From Alphaproteobacteria bacterium (GTDB taxonomy: Bacteria > Pseudomonadota > Alphaproteobacteria > CADEGL01), in contig JAXMCE010000001.1 in NCBI GenBank assembly GCA_046349515.1, positions 138,186 to 202,185 on the forward strand: a DNA stretch of 64,000 nucleotides. Reading direction: 5' to 3'. Under the pieces are notes generated by a model that ran no database searches, was not told the DNA's origin, and saw only the letters and a program-made list of their open reading frames with translations. This document shows positions 30,040 to 40,083 of this stretch, in pieces (within the stretch, counting starts at the first letter, position 1; each line of letters begins with the position of its first letter). The position numbers and the translations under genes were made by a program.

Positions 30040-30225
30040 TAAGATCGCCGGCGATGGCTCCCCTCTTCGGGGATTAAAAGGGAACGCCGGTCGGGCCCCT
30101 AGGGCCCAAGCCGCGGCTGCCCCCGCAACTGTGAGCGGCGAGCCGATCGCCAATACGCCACTGGGACACCGGGAAGGCGGCGATCGGTGACGACCCGCAA
30201 GCCAGGAGACCTGCCATCGCAAGGG
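30040..30225 (+). promoter_or_regulatory. Cobalamin (B12) riboswitch
   Basis: Conserved elements appear in canonical order: AAAAGGGAACGCCGGT (30075-30090), GCTGCCCCCGCAACTGTGAGCGG (30117-30139), GCCACTGGGACACCGGGAAGGC, and the B12 box CAAGCCAGGAGACCTGCC (30199-30216). It lies 5' of the porin gene on the same strand. Confidence 0.8.
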
Positions 30226-30343
30226 GTCACGTGCGAGCGCGCTGGGCGGGGTGCACCGGCGGGAATCGACGCCCCCCGCCGGGGGGGCAACGTCGGATCC
30301 GGTTCGCGGGTGACGTGGAATGTCTTCCGCAACCGAGGTCCGC

Positions 30344-31822
30344 ATGAACGCCTTGCCTTCCGATGGGAACTCCCGTGCTCTTCGCCCGACATCGGTCTCA
30401 AGCGGCGGCGCGAACGCACGCGCACCGCTTGGCACTATCTGGCTCACTGTCGCGCTCATGACGGTGTGCGCCGTGTCTTCGCGTGCCGATGAAACGGAAT
30501 CGGCTCCCATGACAGATGGGCCCGACAAGGCGGACGACGCGGCGGCGCCCGACGGCCTCACCGGCGACTGGGGCGGTCTCCGCACGAGTCTCCGCGATGC
30601 GGGGCTCGAGCTCGGCGTCACCTATATCGGCGAGGGCCTGGGCAATCCCGCGGGCGGCGTCAAGCGCGGCGCCATCTACGAAGGCCGGCTCGAGATGAGC
30701 CTCGACATCGACCTGGCCAAGGCCATCGGGTGGGACGGCGCGCTCATCCACGCTAACGCGTACCAGATCCACGGCCGCGGCCTGTCGGCCAAGGATCTGG
30801 GCAACAACTTCCTCGTCGCGAGCAGCATCGAGGCGCTCCGTTCAAGCCGCCTCTTCGATTTGTGGTTCCAGCAGGAGCTGTTCGACCGGCGCGTGTCGGT
30901 CCGCGCGGGGCAGATCGCCGCGGACGACGAGTTCTTCATCAGCGACTACGGCGCGACCTTCGTCAATTCGACCTTCGGCTGGCCGGGCATCCTCGCGGCC
31001 GATCTGCCGAGCGGCGGCCCCGCCTATCCGCTCGCGACACCCGGCTTCCGCATCAAGCTCCAGCCGGCGAAGTCCCTCACCCTCTCGGCGGCGCTCTTCG
31101 ACGGCGATCCCGCGGGACCCGGCCAAGGCGACCCGCAGGCGCGCGACCGAAGCGGCACCAACTTCCGCACGAGCGACGCGCCCTTCACGATCGGCGAGCT
31201 GGCCTATGCGGTGAAGCCCGACAAGAGCGACGATCGCCTGCCCGCCACCTACAAGCTCGGCGCCTGGTATCACGCCGGACGCTTCGACGATGTGCGCTTC
31301 GACAACACCAGCCGCTCCCTCGCCGATCCTGCGAGCACCGGGATCGCCGCGACGCACCGCGGCAACTATGGCGGCTATGTCGTGCTCGACCAGATGATCT
31401 GGCGGCGTCCCGACACGGAGGATGAGGGGCTCGGCGCGTTCTTGCGCCTCTCCGGGAGCCCGTCGAACCGGAACGTGATCGATCTCTACGCCGATGGAGG
31501 TCTTACCTTCAAAGGCATCGTGCCGAGCCGCAGCGACGACATCCTCGGCCTCGGTATCGCCTTCGCGCGCGTGAGCAGTGCCGCACGCAATCTCGATTCG
31601 GACACCAACGCCTTCACCGGCTCGGACGCGCCGCGGCGCGTCTTCGAAGCCGCACTCGAACTCACCTACAAGGCGCAGGTCACGCCGTGGTGGTCGATCC
31701 AGCCGGACCTGCAATTCATCATCCATCCGGCTGGCAATGCCGCCAATCCCGCGAGCGCGTCAGGCACCGAGCCGATCCCCAACGCCTTCATCATCGGCCT
31801 CCGGAGCACGATCAAGTTTTAG
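30344..31822 (+). CDS. Carbohydrate-selective (OprB-family) outer-membrane porin
   Basis: Signal peptide (LTVALMTVCAVSSRA). Beta-rich sequence with OprB-family features (GDWGGLR, LGAWYHAG) and a C-terminal aromatic residue (…TIKF). Start is at the ATG with a GAGG RBS. An in-frame ATG also lies at 30320. Confidence 0.7.
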   Translation: MNALPSDGNSRALRPTSVSSGGANARAPLGTIWLTVALMTVCAVSSRADETESAPMTDGPDKADDAAAPDGLTGDWGGLRTSLRDAGLELGVTYIGEGLGNPAGGVKRGAIYEGRLEMSLDIDLAKAIGWDGALIHANAYQIHGRGLSAKDLGNNFLVASSIEALRSSRLFDLWFQQELFDRRVSVRAGQIAADDEFFISDYGATFVNSTFGWPGILAADLPSGGPAYPLATPGFRIKLQPAKSLTLSAALFDGDPAGPGQGDPQARDRSGTNFRTSDAPFTIGELAYAVKPDKSDDRLPATYKLGAWYHAGRFDDVRFDNTSRSLADPASTGIAATHRGNYGGYVVLDQMIWRRPDTEDEGLGAFLRLSGSPSNRNVIDLYADGGLTFKGIVPSRSDDILGLGIAFARVSSAARNLDSDTNAFTGSDAPRRVFEAALELTYKAQVTPWWSIQPDLQFIIHPAGNAANPASASGTEPIPNAFIIGLRSTIKF

Positions 31823-31850
31823 GCGAGCCGCGCCTCAAGGATGGCGGCGA

Positions 31851-32570
31851 TCAGAGGCGCGCGATCCGCTCGGCAAGGCGGAAGCGCGCATCGGGCAACG
31901 TGCGGCCGTGGGGCGCCAACACGTGCTGGGCGAGGAAATGCGCGGTCAGGCCGAGCCCAGCCGATAGCGCCGCCGGCTCGGCCACGCCTCCCTCCTCGAG
32001 AAGGAAGCCCGGAAGGGCGAGCAGACGGTCCTTGTAGGGCTCGCCCGCCGCGAGCGACACGGCGCGCCCGGTCCGCGGCGAGACATAGGCAAGCGACTCG
32101 GTCTCACCCGTGGCCGCGCACGCGCCGAGGTCGAGGCCGAAGCCGAGGTCGCCCAAGAGCGCGAGTTCCCACCGCACATAGGTCTCGCCCCACGCATCGC
32201 CCTCGAGCGAGTCGAGCACGCGCGCGAGGCCGGCATAGACGAGCGGATGCGGCTCGCGCTCGGGCAGCGCCGCCTCGGCCACGGCGCAGGCCGAGCTCAA
32301 GACCGCGAGGCGCAGCGGATCGTCGAGCATGCCCGCGGCCGTGCTCTGGACGAGCTCGCAGCGGAACGTGCCGAGATGCTCCTCGAGCCGCGCGTGCCAG
32401 GACGCATGGACGCGGTTGCCGCGTTCGAGCACGCCCCGCGCGCGCTTCCCGCTCCCGCCGCGGACGAGCCCCGCGTGCCGTCCGTGCGCCTCCGTCAGCA
32501 GCACGGCGATGGCGGCCGATTCGCCGTGCCGCCGCGCCGAGAGAACGATCCCTTCGTCCGACCAGTCCAT
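31851..32570 (-). CDS. recO: DNA repair protein RecO
   Basis: 239 aa. N-terminal OB-fold (DEGIVLSARRHGESAAIAVLLT) followed by a C-terminal helical domain. Conserved position downstream of era. Confidence 0.85.
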   Translation of the reverse strand: MDWSDEGIVLSARRHGESAAIAVLLTEAHGRHAGLVRGGSGKRARGVLERGNRVHASWHARLEEHLGTFRCELVQSTAAGMLDDPLRLAVLSSACAVAEAALPEREPHPLVYAGLARVLDSLEGDAWGETYVRWELALLGDLGFGLDLGACAATGETESLAYVSPRTGRAVSLAAGEPYKDRLLALPGFLLEEGGVAEPAALSAGLGLTAHFLAQHVLAPHGRTLPDARFRLAERIARL

Positions 32571-32610
32571 GGCTCACATCCGCGCACGCGATGCGCGAAT
32601 GCCCGCGGCA

Positions 32611-33519
32611 CTAAACATCGAAGTCGAGGCCGATCGCGCGGTAGCGCGCGGGATCGTCGTGCCAGCCGGAGCGCACCTTGACCGTGAGGAAGAGATGCAC
32701 GCGCCGGTCGAGGAAGCGTTCGAGCGAGGCACGCGCGGCGGCGCCCACGGTCTTGATACGCTGGCCGCGTTCGCCGAGGACAATTCCCTTCTGGCTTTCG
32801 CGCTCGACGTAGACGGTCTGCTCGATGCGCACGCTGCCGTCGCCCCGCTCCTCCCAGGACTCGGTCTCGACCGTCAAGGCGTAGGGCACCTCCTGGCGAA
32901 GCTGGAGGAAGAGCTGTTCGCGCGTGGCCTCGGCGGCGAGCTGGCGCAGCGGCAGATCGGTCACCTGGTCTTCCGGATAGAGGAACGGCCCCTCGGGCAG
33001 GAGCGAAACGATCCTGTCCTCGAGATCGGCGACGCCGTCGCGCGTCAGCGCCGAGATCATAAAGGTCTCGCTGAAGACGCCCGTGCGGTTGAGCCGGTCG
33101 GCCAGTCCGAGAAGCACGGGCGGCGCCACGAGATCGATCTTGTTCAAGGCCAGGATCGCCGAGAGGCCCGCCTCCTTGAGCCCCGCGACGATGGCATCCG
33201 TGTCGGCCTCGCGATTCTCGTCGCTCGCGGCCGCATCGACGAGGAGCACGATGACGTCCGCGTCGCGCGCGCCCTGCCAGGCGGCCTCGACCATGGCGCG
33301 CTCGAGCCGGCGCTTGGGTGCGAAGATCCCGGGCGTATCGACATAGACGATCTGCGCCGCGCCCTTGATGGCAATGCCGATGATGCGCGCGCGCGTCGTC
33401 TGCACCTTGGGCGTGACGATCGAGACCTTGGCGCCGACGAGGGCGTTGAGCAACGTCGACTTGCCCGCATTGGGCGCGCCGAGAAGGGCCACATAGCCGC
33501 AGCGTGTGGGCTCCGCCAT
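32611..33519 (-). CDS. era: GTPase Era
   Basis: G1 GAPNAGKST, G3 DTPG, G4 NKID, and a C-terminal KH domain. Start MAEPTRCGY (33519) overlaps the rnc stop by 1 nt. The track ORF starts at 33540. Confidence 0.85.
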   Translation of the reverse strand: MAEPTRCGYVALLGAPNAGKSTLLNALVGAKVSIVTPKVQTTRARIIGIAIKGAAQIVYVDTPGIFAPKRRLERAMVEAAWQGARDADVIVLLVDAAASDENREADTDAIVAGLKEAGLSAILALNKIDLVAPPVLLGLADRLNRTGVFSETFMISALTRDGVADLEDRIVSLLPEGPFLYPEDQVTDLPLRQLAAEATREQLFLQLRQEVPYALTVETESWEERGDGSVRIEQTVYVERESQKGIVLGERGQRIKTVGAAARASLERFLDRRVHLFLTVKVRSGWHDDPARYRAIGLDFDV

Positions 33520-34277
33520 CAGATCTCCCCAACGAGCCAATGGAGCATGGCCTTGGCCGCGGCCTCGCTGGCCGCCTGCTTGGTCGGCCCCTCCCCCTCC
33601 GCCGGCGGCGCGCCTGCGACCGAGACACGGATGCGGAACCGCGGCGCGTGGTCGGGCCCTTCGACCTTGACCGTCTCATAGGCCGGCAGCGGCTTGCCCA
33701 TCGACTGCACCCGCTCCTGGAGGGCGGTTCGCGAATCCTTGGGCGGCCGGCTGGCCTCGTCGAGCAGCGAGTCCCAGGCGCCGCGGATGAACGAAGCGGC
33801 GGTGGCGATCCCGCCGTCGAGATAGAGCGCGCCGATCACGGCCTCGCACGCATCGGCGAGACGGTTCGCACGGCCGCGCGCATCCTCGGGCGAGGAGCCG
33901 GCCGGCAGCGCGTCGTCGAGGGCAATCCCCTCCGCCACGCTCACGAGCGAATCGCGCCGGACGAGGGAGGCCAGACGCCGGCTGAGCGCCCCTTCATTCT
34001 CATCGGGAAAACGCTCCATCAGCCATTCCGCGATCACGAGCGCCAGGACCCGGTCGCCGAGGAATTCGAGCCGCTCGTTGGTGACGGCGCGACCGTCGCG
34101 CACGCGGCCCGCACTGCGCGGTGCGAGCGCCTCCTCGAGCAACGCCTTTCGACGGAAGCGATGGGAAAGACGCGCTTCGAGCGCGTCGAGACCATCAAGA
34201 CGCGCCGCGCCCCTCAATCCACCGGCCGGAAGAGGCGCCCGAAGCGGATCGCCATCGGCCACTTCCAGACCTCCCAC
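33519..34277 (-). CDS. rnc: Ribonuclease III
   Basis: RNase III signature ERLEFLGD and a C-terminal dsRBD (…PRFRIRVSVAG…). The exact start is uncertain because it overlaps the lepB 3' end. Confidence 0.8.
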   Translation of the reverse strand: MGGLEVADGDPLRAPLPAGGLRGAARLDGLDALEARLSHRFRRKALLEEALAPRSAGRVRDGRAVTNERLEFLGDRVLALVIAEWLMERFPDENEGALSRRLASLVRRDSLVSVAEGIALDDALPAGSSPEDARGRANRLADACEAVIGALYLDGGIATAASFIRGAWDSLLDEASRPPKDSRTALQERVQSMGKPLPAYETVKVEGPDHAPRFRIRVSVAGAPPAEGEGPTKQAASEAAAKAMLHWLVGEI

Positions 34278-34978
34278 AGCCGCGCCTCGCCGTTGGTCGA
34301 GAAGAACAGGAACTCCGCGCGGCCGATCAGGTTCTCGCTCGGGATGTAGCCGACGCCGCCAGACGCCCGGCTGTCGAGCGAATTGTCGCGGTTGTCGCCA
34401 AGCGCGAAGAAGTGCCCGGCGGGGACATGGAAGACGGGCGTGTCGTCGAGCGGACCGTCCTCGGTGATCTTCAAGATGCGGTAGCTCTTGCCGCTCGGCA
34501 GCGTCTCGATGAACTGAGGGATCGCCTGGCCGCTGAGGCCCCGCACCGAGCCCGTGTAGTCCTCGACGCGCTCGCGCGGCACGGGCTTGTCGTTGAGGTA
34601 GAGGATGCCGTGCTGCATCTGCACGGTGTCGCCCGGCAGGCCGATGATTCGTTTGATGTAGTCGGTCTTGCCGTCGCGCGGCAGCTTGAAGACGACGACG
34701 TCGCCGCGCTCCGGATTGCCGCCGAGGATGCGGCCCGAGAAGAGCGGCAGGCTGAAGGGCAGCGAGTGCTTGCTGTAGCCGTAGGAGAATTTCGAGACGA
34801 AGAGATAGTCGCCGACGAGAAGCGTCGGAATCATCGAGCCCGACGGAATATTGAAGGGCTCGAAGAAGAAGGTGCGGATGCCGAGCGCGATGAGGACCGC
34901 ATAGACGACGGTCTTGATCGTCTCGCCAAGGCCGCCGGATTTCTTCTGGGCCACCCGGTCCTCTCTTAACGCATTCAT
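34214..34978 (-). CDS. lepB: Signal peptidase I
   Basis: N-terminal TM, catalytic Ser box (IPSGSMIPTL), Lys box (YIKRIIGLPGD) and GDNRDNSxDSR box. Confidence 0.85.
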   Translation of the reverse strand: MNALREDRVAQKKSGGLGETIKTVVYAVLIALGIRTFFFEPFNIPSGSMIPTLLVGDYLFVSKFSYGYSKHSLPFSLPLFSGRILGGNPERGDVVVFKLPRDGKTDYIKRIIGLPGDTVQMQHGILYLNDKPVPRERVEDYTGSVRGLSGQAIPQFIETLPSGKSYRILKITEDGPLDDTPVFHVPAGHFFALGDNRDNSLDSRASGGVGYIPSENLIGRAEFLFFSTNGEARLWEVWKWPMAIRFGRLFRPVD

Positions 34979-35083
34979 TTATTTATCGAATTTGAGATAT
35001 GGGGTGCGTCGGAGGCTGGATCAAGCCAAGGCTTCGTGCCCCTGTCAAGGAGAGATGCCCGAAGAGCCCCTGGGATGATCCTT

Positions 35084-35503
35084 TCATGGGACCTTGCGAT
35101 CAAGCCGGTCGTGGAACCACATGCCCGCCGCCATTGCGGCCAGGAAGATGAACGAGCCGGGTCGAAGGAAGGCAAGCGACGCGATCGCAGGCCCCGGGCA
35201 GAAGCCTGCAAGGCCCCAGCCAATGCCAAAGCCGAGAGCGCCCAAGACGAGCGAGCGGTCGATCGCGCGGTCCGTCGGCAATGCGAAGGAGCCGCCGAGG
35301 AGCGGCGCCAGCCGGCGGAGAACGATTCGATACCCGAGCACCGTTGTCACGAGCGCGCCGCCCATCACGAACGCCAAGGTCGGATCCCATGCGCCGGCGA
35401 GATCGAGGAAACCCTGAACCTTGGCCGGATTGATCATCCCCGAGATCGCGAGCCCAAGGCCGAAGATGACGCCCGCCAACAGCGCCGCAGCGATCTCTCG
35501 CAT
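35084..35503 (-). CDS. YeeE/YedE-family (DUF395) membrane protein, second of a pair
   Basis: About 139 aa from MREIAAALLAG with 4 TM helices. The start overlaps the upstream partner's stop (TGATG). Confidence 0.65.
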   Translation of the reverse strand: MREIAAALLAGVIFGLGLAISGMINPAKVQGFLDLAGAWDPTLAFVMGGALVTTVLGYRIVLRRLAPLLGGSFALPTDRAIDRSLVLGALGFGIGWGLAGFCPGPAIASLAFLRPGSFIFLAAMAAGMWFHDRLDRKVP

Positions 35504-35958
35504 CAGGAACCGCCCACCACGTGCCGCACGATGAAGACGGTAAGGAAGCCCGAGACCATGAACACCGTGACGGCCACCATCGAGCGGCGCGAGAAGCGGG
35601 CGAGGCCGCAGACCCCATGCCCGCTCGTGCAACCGCGTCCAAGCCGCGTGCCGAAACCGACGAGCAATCCCCCGATGACGAGAAGCACCGGCGATGCGCC
35701 GATGTCGATGAGGATTCGTGTTCCGTCCAACAGGGGCGCGAGCACGGCGCCAAAGATCGCTGCGCCGAGAATCAGGCCCAGGATGAAGGCGAGCCGCCAG
35801 CCGACATCACCCTTGAGAGGACGAAGGAGGCCGCCGGCGATGCCGCTCACCCCCGCGATGCGGCCTTGAAGCGCCATCATGAGCACGGCCGCGACGCCGA
35901 TCATCACGCCGCCCGCCAATCCGCGCCACGGCGTGAAATGCGCGACGTCGATGAGCAC
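35503..35958 (-). CDS. YeeE/YedE-family (DUF395) membrane protein, first of a pair
   Basis: 151 aa with 4 TM helices and the conserved GRGCTSGHGVCG motif typical of thiosulfate/sulfur-transport YeeE/YedE proteins. Confidence 0.7.
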   Translation of the reverse strand: MLIDVAHFTPWRGLAGGVMIGVAAVLMMALQGRIAGVSGIAGGLLRPLKGDVGWRLAFILGLILGAAIFGAVLAPLLDGTRILIDIGASPVLLVIGGLLVGFGTRLGRGCTSGHGVCGLARFSRRSMVAVTVFMVSGFLTVFIVRHVVGGS

Positions 35959-35973
35959 CGCTTCTCTCCGCCC

Positions 35974-36390
35974 CTACCGAGAGCGCGGTGCGCCCTCGGC
36001 CACGGCCGAGATGATGACGATGGCCTGGGCGATGGGCGGGTCGTCGGTGAGCGAGAGATCGATCTGCGCGACCATGCCGTCGGGGACGAGCTCCCGAAGG
36101 CGCGCGGCCGCGCCGTTCGTCAGCCGGAGCGACGGCTTGCCCGAGGGAAGGTTGATGACGCCCATGTCGCGCCAGAACACGCCGCGCCGGAAGCCGGTGC
36201 CGAGCGCCTTCGAGCATGCCTCCTTGGCCGCGAACCGCCGGGCGTAGCTCGCGCCGCGATCGGCGCGCCGCTCGGAGCGCCGCCGCTCCTCCTCGGTGAA
36301 GATGCGCGAGAGAAAACGCTCGCCGAACCGCTCGAGCGTCTGCTCGATGCGCCGGATGTCGACGAGATCGCTGCCGATACCGAGGATCAC
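35974..36390 (-). CDS. acpS: Holo-[acyl-carrier-protein] synthase
   Basis: [16 protein letters not shown]...[14 protein letters not shown] is the canonical AcpS sequence, about 130 aa. Confidence 0.85.
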   Translation of the reverse strand: MILGIGSDLVDIRRIEQTLERFGERFLSRIFTEEERRRSERRADRGASYARRFAAKEACSKALGTGFRRGVFWRDMGVINLPSGKPSLRLTNGAAARLRELVPDGMVAQIDLSLTDDPPIAQAIVIISAVAEGAPRSR

Positions 36391-36409
36391 GGTCGCACGG
36401 GTCGCGGAA

Positions 36410-37153
36410 TCATGCCGGCACGTCGGGGCGCGCCTTGTCCATGAGCGCGCGCATGCGCCGGATCGAATGGTCGAGACCGCTGAAGATCGCCTCGCCCACG
36501 AGGAAGTGGCCGATGTTGAGCTCGACGATGGTCGGGATCGCGGCGATGGGAACGACCGTGTCGTAGCTCAGACCGTGGCCGGCGTGGCATTCGAGCCCGA
36601 TCGCCTCGGCATGGGCCGCGGCACTCTGGATCTTCACGAGCAGCTCGTCCCGCGCGCGCCCGGCGGCCTCGCAGTAGGCCCCGGTGTGGAGCTCGACGAC
36701 CGGCGCCCCCAGCGCCCGCGCCGCATCGAGCTGCTTCGGATCGGGCTCGATGAACAGCGAGACGCGGATGCCCGCATCGCCGAGCGCCCTCACGAAGGGC
36801 TGGAGATGGTTGTGGCCGCGCGCGGCGTCGAGGCCGCCCTCGGTCGTCCGCTCCTCGCGCTTCTCGGGCACGATGCAGGCCGCGTGCGGGCGATGGCGCA
36901 GCGCGATCTTGAGCATCTCCTCGGTCGCCGCCATCTCGAAGTTGAGCGGCAGCTCGATCTCGGTCGCGAGGCGCTCGATGTCGCGGTCGGAGATGTGGCG
37001 GCGGTCCTCGCGAAGATGCGCCGTGATGCCGTCGGCGCCGGCATCGGACGCAAGGCGCGCCGCGCGCACGGGATCGGGATGGAGCCCGCCGCGCGCGTTC
37101 CGGATCGTCGCCACGTGGTCGATGTTGACGCCCAGGCGCAGCTTTCGGCTCAT
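36410..37153 (-). CDS. pdxJ: Pyridoxine 5'-phosphate synthase
   Basis: [16 protein letters not shown]...HLREDRRHI...ELNIGH show full-length PdxJ conservation. Confidence 0.9.
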   Translation of the reverse strand: MSRKLRLGVNIDHVATIRNARGGLHPDPVRAARLASDAGADGITAHLREDRRHISDRDIERLATEIELPLNFEMAATEEMLKIALRHRPHAACIVPEKREERTTEGGLDAARGHNHLQPFVRALGDAGIRVSLFIEPDPKQLDAARALGAPVVELHTGAYCEAAGRARDELLVKIQSAAAHAEAIGLECHAGHGLSYDTVVPIAAIPTIVELNIGHFLVGEAIFSGLDHSIRRMRALMDKARPDVPA

Positions 37154-37172
37154 GGCCTCTCTCCCTTACAAA

Positions 37173-39314
37173 TCATCCGCGCGCACGCTCGACCGAGCTC
37201 ACCGCCGGCATCGCGCGCAGCGCCGCCATGATATAGGCCAGCTGCCTCACGTCGCGCACGTCGATATCGATGCTCATCTCGAAGAAATCGGGCGCCCGGT
37301 TGACGAAACGCAGATTGTTGATGTTGCCGTCGTTGTTGCCGATGGCGGTGCAGATGGTGCCGAGGCTCCCGGGCTTGTTCTCGACCACGACGTTGATGCG
37401 GACGAGATGCGCCGCGGTCCCGCTCGCCGTGGCGTCCCAGGTGAGCTCGAGCCAACGCTCCGGCACGCTCGAGAAATTCTCGAGCGTGCTGCACTCGGTC
37501 GTGTGGACGGTGACGCCCTTGCCCGGCGTCAGGATCCCGACGATGCGGTCGCCCGGCACGGGCGTGCAGCAGCCGGCGTAGTGGAGCGCCATGCCGGGGA
37601 TGAGGCCGCGGATCGGGATGCCGGAGGCCTTCTCCTTCTCCCGCCGCGTGGCGAACCGCAACGGCACGATGTTGGCCCAGACGCTGTCGCTCTTGGCCTT
37701 GGGATAGGCCGCATCCACCACCTCCTGGACCGGCCGGCGGGCCGAGCCCAGTTGCTCGTAGAGGTCCTCGACCGTGTCGCAGCCGAAGCGCCCGAGCACT
37801 GTTTGAAGCACGGGCTCCGACGGCTCGAGGCCGATCTGGCGCACCTCGCGCTCGATGATCGAGCGACCGAGCGCCACGTACTGCTCGCGCTGCTGCGTCC
37901 GCACGATGCGGCGGATGCGCGCGCGGGCCTTGCCCGTCACGACGAAGCCGTCCCAGGTGGGCGACGGCGCCGCCGAGGCGGAGGTGACGATCTCCACCTG
38001 GTCGCCGTTCTGGAGCACGGTCTTGAGCGGCACCAAGCGTCCGTTGACCTTGGCGCCGACACAGCTGTCGCCCACCTCCGAATGGATCGCGTAGGCGAAA
38101 TCGACCGGCGTCGCTCCTTGCGGCATGGTGACGAGATCGCCCTTGGGCGAGAAGCAGAACACCTGGTCCTGAAACATCTCGAGCTTGGTGTGCTCGAGGA
38201 ACTCCTCGGGTCCCGCGGCCTGCTCCAGGATGTCGAGAAGCTCGCGCAGCCACCGGTACTGGCGCGGATCGGCCTTGGGGTTGCCTTGCTTGAAGTTCCA
38301 GTGCGCCGCGACGCCGAGCTCGGCGATCTCGTGCATCTCCTTGGTGCGAATCTGGATCTCGACCCTCTGGCGCTCGGGCCCGATCACGACCGTGTGGAGC
38401 GAGCGGTAGCCGTTGGGCTTGGGCGTCGAGATGTAGTCCTTGAAACGCTCCGGCACCACCCGGTAGGCCTGGTGGATCACGCCCAAGGCCGTGTAGCACT
38501 CGGGAAGCGAGTTCACCAGCACGCGGAACGCCATGATGTCGGAGAGCTGCTCGAAGCTCACATTCTTCCGCTGCATCTTGCCCCAGACGGAGAAGGGCGC
38601 CTTCTCGCGGCCCGAGACGTCGGCCTCGACCGCGCCGGCGGCGAGCGTCGCCTTGAGCTCCTCGATGATGCGCGGCACGAGGGCGCCGCCCTGCTCGCGC
38701 AGGAACTCGAGCCGCTTCAAAATCGAGGCCCGCGCCTCGGGATTGAGCTCGCGGAACGCCAGGTCCTGGAGCTCGTCCTTGATCTCATGCATGCCGATGC
38801 GCTCGGCGAGCGGCGCGTAGATGTCCATGGTCTCGCGCGCGATGCGGCGGCGCTTCTCGGCGCTCGCGATGAAGGACAGGGTGCGCATGTTGTGGACCCT
38901 GTCCGCGAGCTTCACGAGGAGCACGCGAAGGTCCTCCGACATGGCCAGGACCAGCTTGCGGAAGTTCTCCGCGTCCTTCGTCTTGTCCGACTGCAGCTCG
39001 ATGCGCGAGAGCTTGGTGACGCCGTCGACGAGGCGCGCGATCTCGTCGCCGAACTGCCCCTCGATCTCATCGAGCGTCGCGACCGTGTCCTCGACCGTGT
39101 CGTGGAGGAGCGCCGTCGCGATGGACGCCGAATCGAGCTTGTAGCGGGTGAGGATGCCCGCGACTTCGAGCGGATGGGAGAAGTAGAGATCGCCCGATTC
39201 GCGGCGCTGAGTCCCGTGCGCCTTCATCGAGAAGTCGTAGGCGCGGTTCAGCAGATCGACGTCGACCGTGGGATCGTAGGCCCTGACCTGCTCGACGAGA
39301 TCATTCTGACGCAT
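37173..39314 (-). CDS. spoT: Bifunctional (p)ppGpp synthetase/hydrolase (Rel/SpoT)
   Basis: HD hydrolase domain (HPLEVAGIL...LHDTVEDT), synthetase domain (YRSLHTVV...), and TGS and ACT domains. 713 aa. Confidence 0.9.
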   Translation of the reverse strand: MRQNDLVEQVRAYDPTVDVDLLNRAYDFSMKAHGTQRRESGDLYFSHPLEVAGILTRYKLDSASIATALLHDTVEDTVATLDEIEGQFGDEIARLVDGVTKLSRIELQSDKTKDAENFRKLVLAMSEDLRVLLVKLADRVHNMRTLSFIASAEKRRRIARETMDIYAPLAERIGMHEIKDELQDLAFRELNPEARASILKRLEFLREQGGALVPRIIEELKATLAAGAVEADVSGREKAPFSVWGKMQRKNVSFEQLSDIMAFRVLVNSLPECYTALGVIHQAYRVVPERFKDYISTPKPNGYRSLHTVVIGPERQRVEIQIRTKEMHEIAELGVAAHWNFKQGNPKADPRQYRWLRELLDILEQAAGPEEFLEHTKLEMFQDQVFCFSPKGDLVTMPQGATPVDFAYAIHSEVGDSCVGAKVNGRLVPLKTVLQNGDQVEIVTSASAAPSPTWDGFVVTGKARARIRRIVRTQQREQYVALGRSIIEREVRQIGLEPSEPVLQTVLGRFGCDTVEDLYEQLGSARRPVQEVVDAAYPKAKSDSVWANIVPLRFATRREKEKASGIPIRGLIPGMALHYAGCCTPVPGDRIVGILTPGKGVTVHTTECSTLENFSSVPERWLELTWDATASGTAAHLVRINVVVENKPGSLGTICTAIGNNDGNINNLRFVNRAPDFFEMSIDIDVRDVRQLAYIMAALRAMPAVSSVERARG

Positions 39315-39419
39315 CTTCGGCCCATCTGGCCGGGGGTCGCGCGCCCCGCCGCGGGTCCGGACCGGATGTCCGCGGGCCGCCGTCCCGATCGTTCTGCGCG
39401 CCGGCCCGCGCGCCTCGCA

Positions 39420-39944
39420 TTACTCTTCCGGCGGCTGGTCGACGTCGCCCTCTTCGCCGATCTCGAGCTCGACCGCGCCCGCGCCCTCTTCGCCCGATTC
39501 CTCATCGGCCGATTCTTCCTCGCCGAGGCCTTCCTCCCCAAGACTGCCCTCACCGAGCCCTTCTTCACCCGCTTCGACTTCTCTCGGCTCGACCTCGCTG
39601 CCCTCGATCCCTTCTTCGCCCTCTTCGACGATCTGGCCGAGATCCTCGCTCACCGCCTCGGCGATCCCGCCGGCGGTCAGCATCTCCATCTCGTCCTCTG
39701 GCTCGGGCTCGTCGATCTCGACGACCTTCTGCAGGCCCTTGACCACGTTTTCTTCGAGCTCGGCGATGTCGACCGTCGATTCGGCGATCTCGCGAAGGGC
39801 GACGACCGGGTTCTTGTCGTTGTCGCGCTCGACGGTGAGGCTCGCTCCCGCCGCGATGCCGCGCGCGCGCTGGGCCGCCACGATGACGAGATCAAAGCGG
39901 TTGGGGATCTTGAGAACGCAGTCCTCGACAGTCACACGCGCCAT
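39420..39944 (-). CDS. rpoZ: DNA-directed RNA polymerase subunit omega, with an extended acidic C-terminal tail
   Basis: The N-terminal ~70 aa are canonical RpoZ ([30 protein letters not shown]...). The C-terminal ~100 aa are low-complexity E/G-rich. Confidence 0.8.
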   Translation of the reverse strand: MARVTVEDCVLKIPNRFDLVIVAAQRARGIAAGASLTVERDNDKNPVVALREIAESTVDIAELEENVVKGLQKVVEIDEPEPEDEMEMLTAGGIAEAVSEDLGQIVEEGEEGIEGSEVEPREVEAGEEGLGEGSLGEEGLGEEESADEESGEEGAGAVELEIGEEGDVDQPPEE

Positions 39945-40083
39945 GAGAAAAATCCTCTAAGAGATTGAAAAAGGAAATTTTTTCCTTGAATGCACCACGC
40001 TGACCCCGCCCCGGGCCGGATCACATTTATATAGGGGAGAGGCGCGCGGGCGCAAGCCGCAGCGCTCTCGCGCCAAGGGACGA

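Noticed and set aside
36684-39968. 1094-aa plus-strand ORF
   Set aside because: It runs antisense across pdxJ, spoT and rpoZ. It has no motifs, and the sense strand gives highly conserved proteins. It is a GC-bias artefact.
39968-39986. AAGGAAAtttTTTCCTT perfect inverted repeat between folK and rpoZ
   Set aside because: It could be a weak folK terminator or an rpoZ operator. The stem is only 7 bp and AT-rich (2 GC pairs), and it sits next to the rpoZ RBS. It is too weak to call a feature, so it is noted only.
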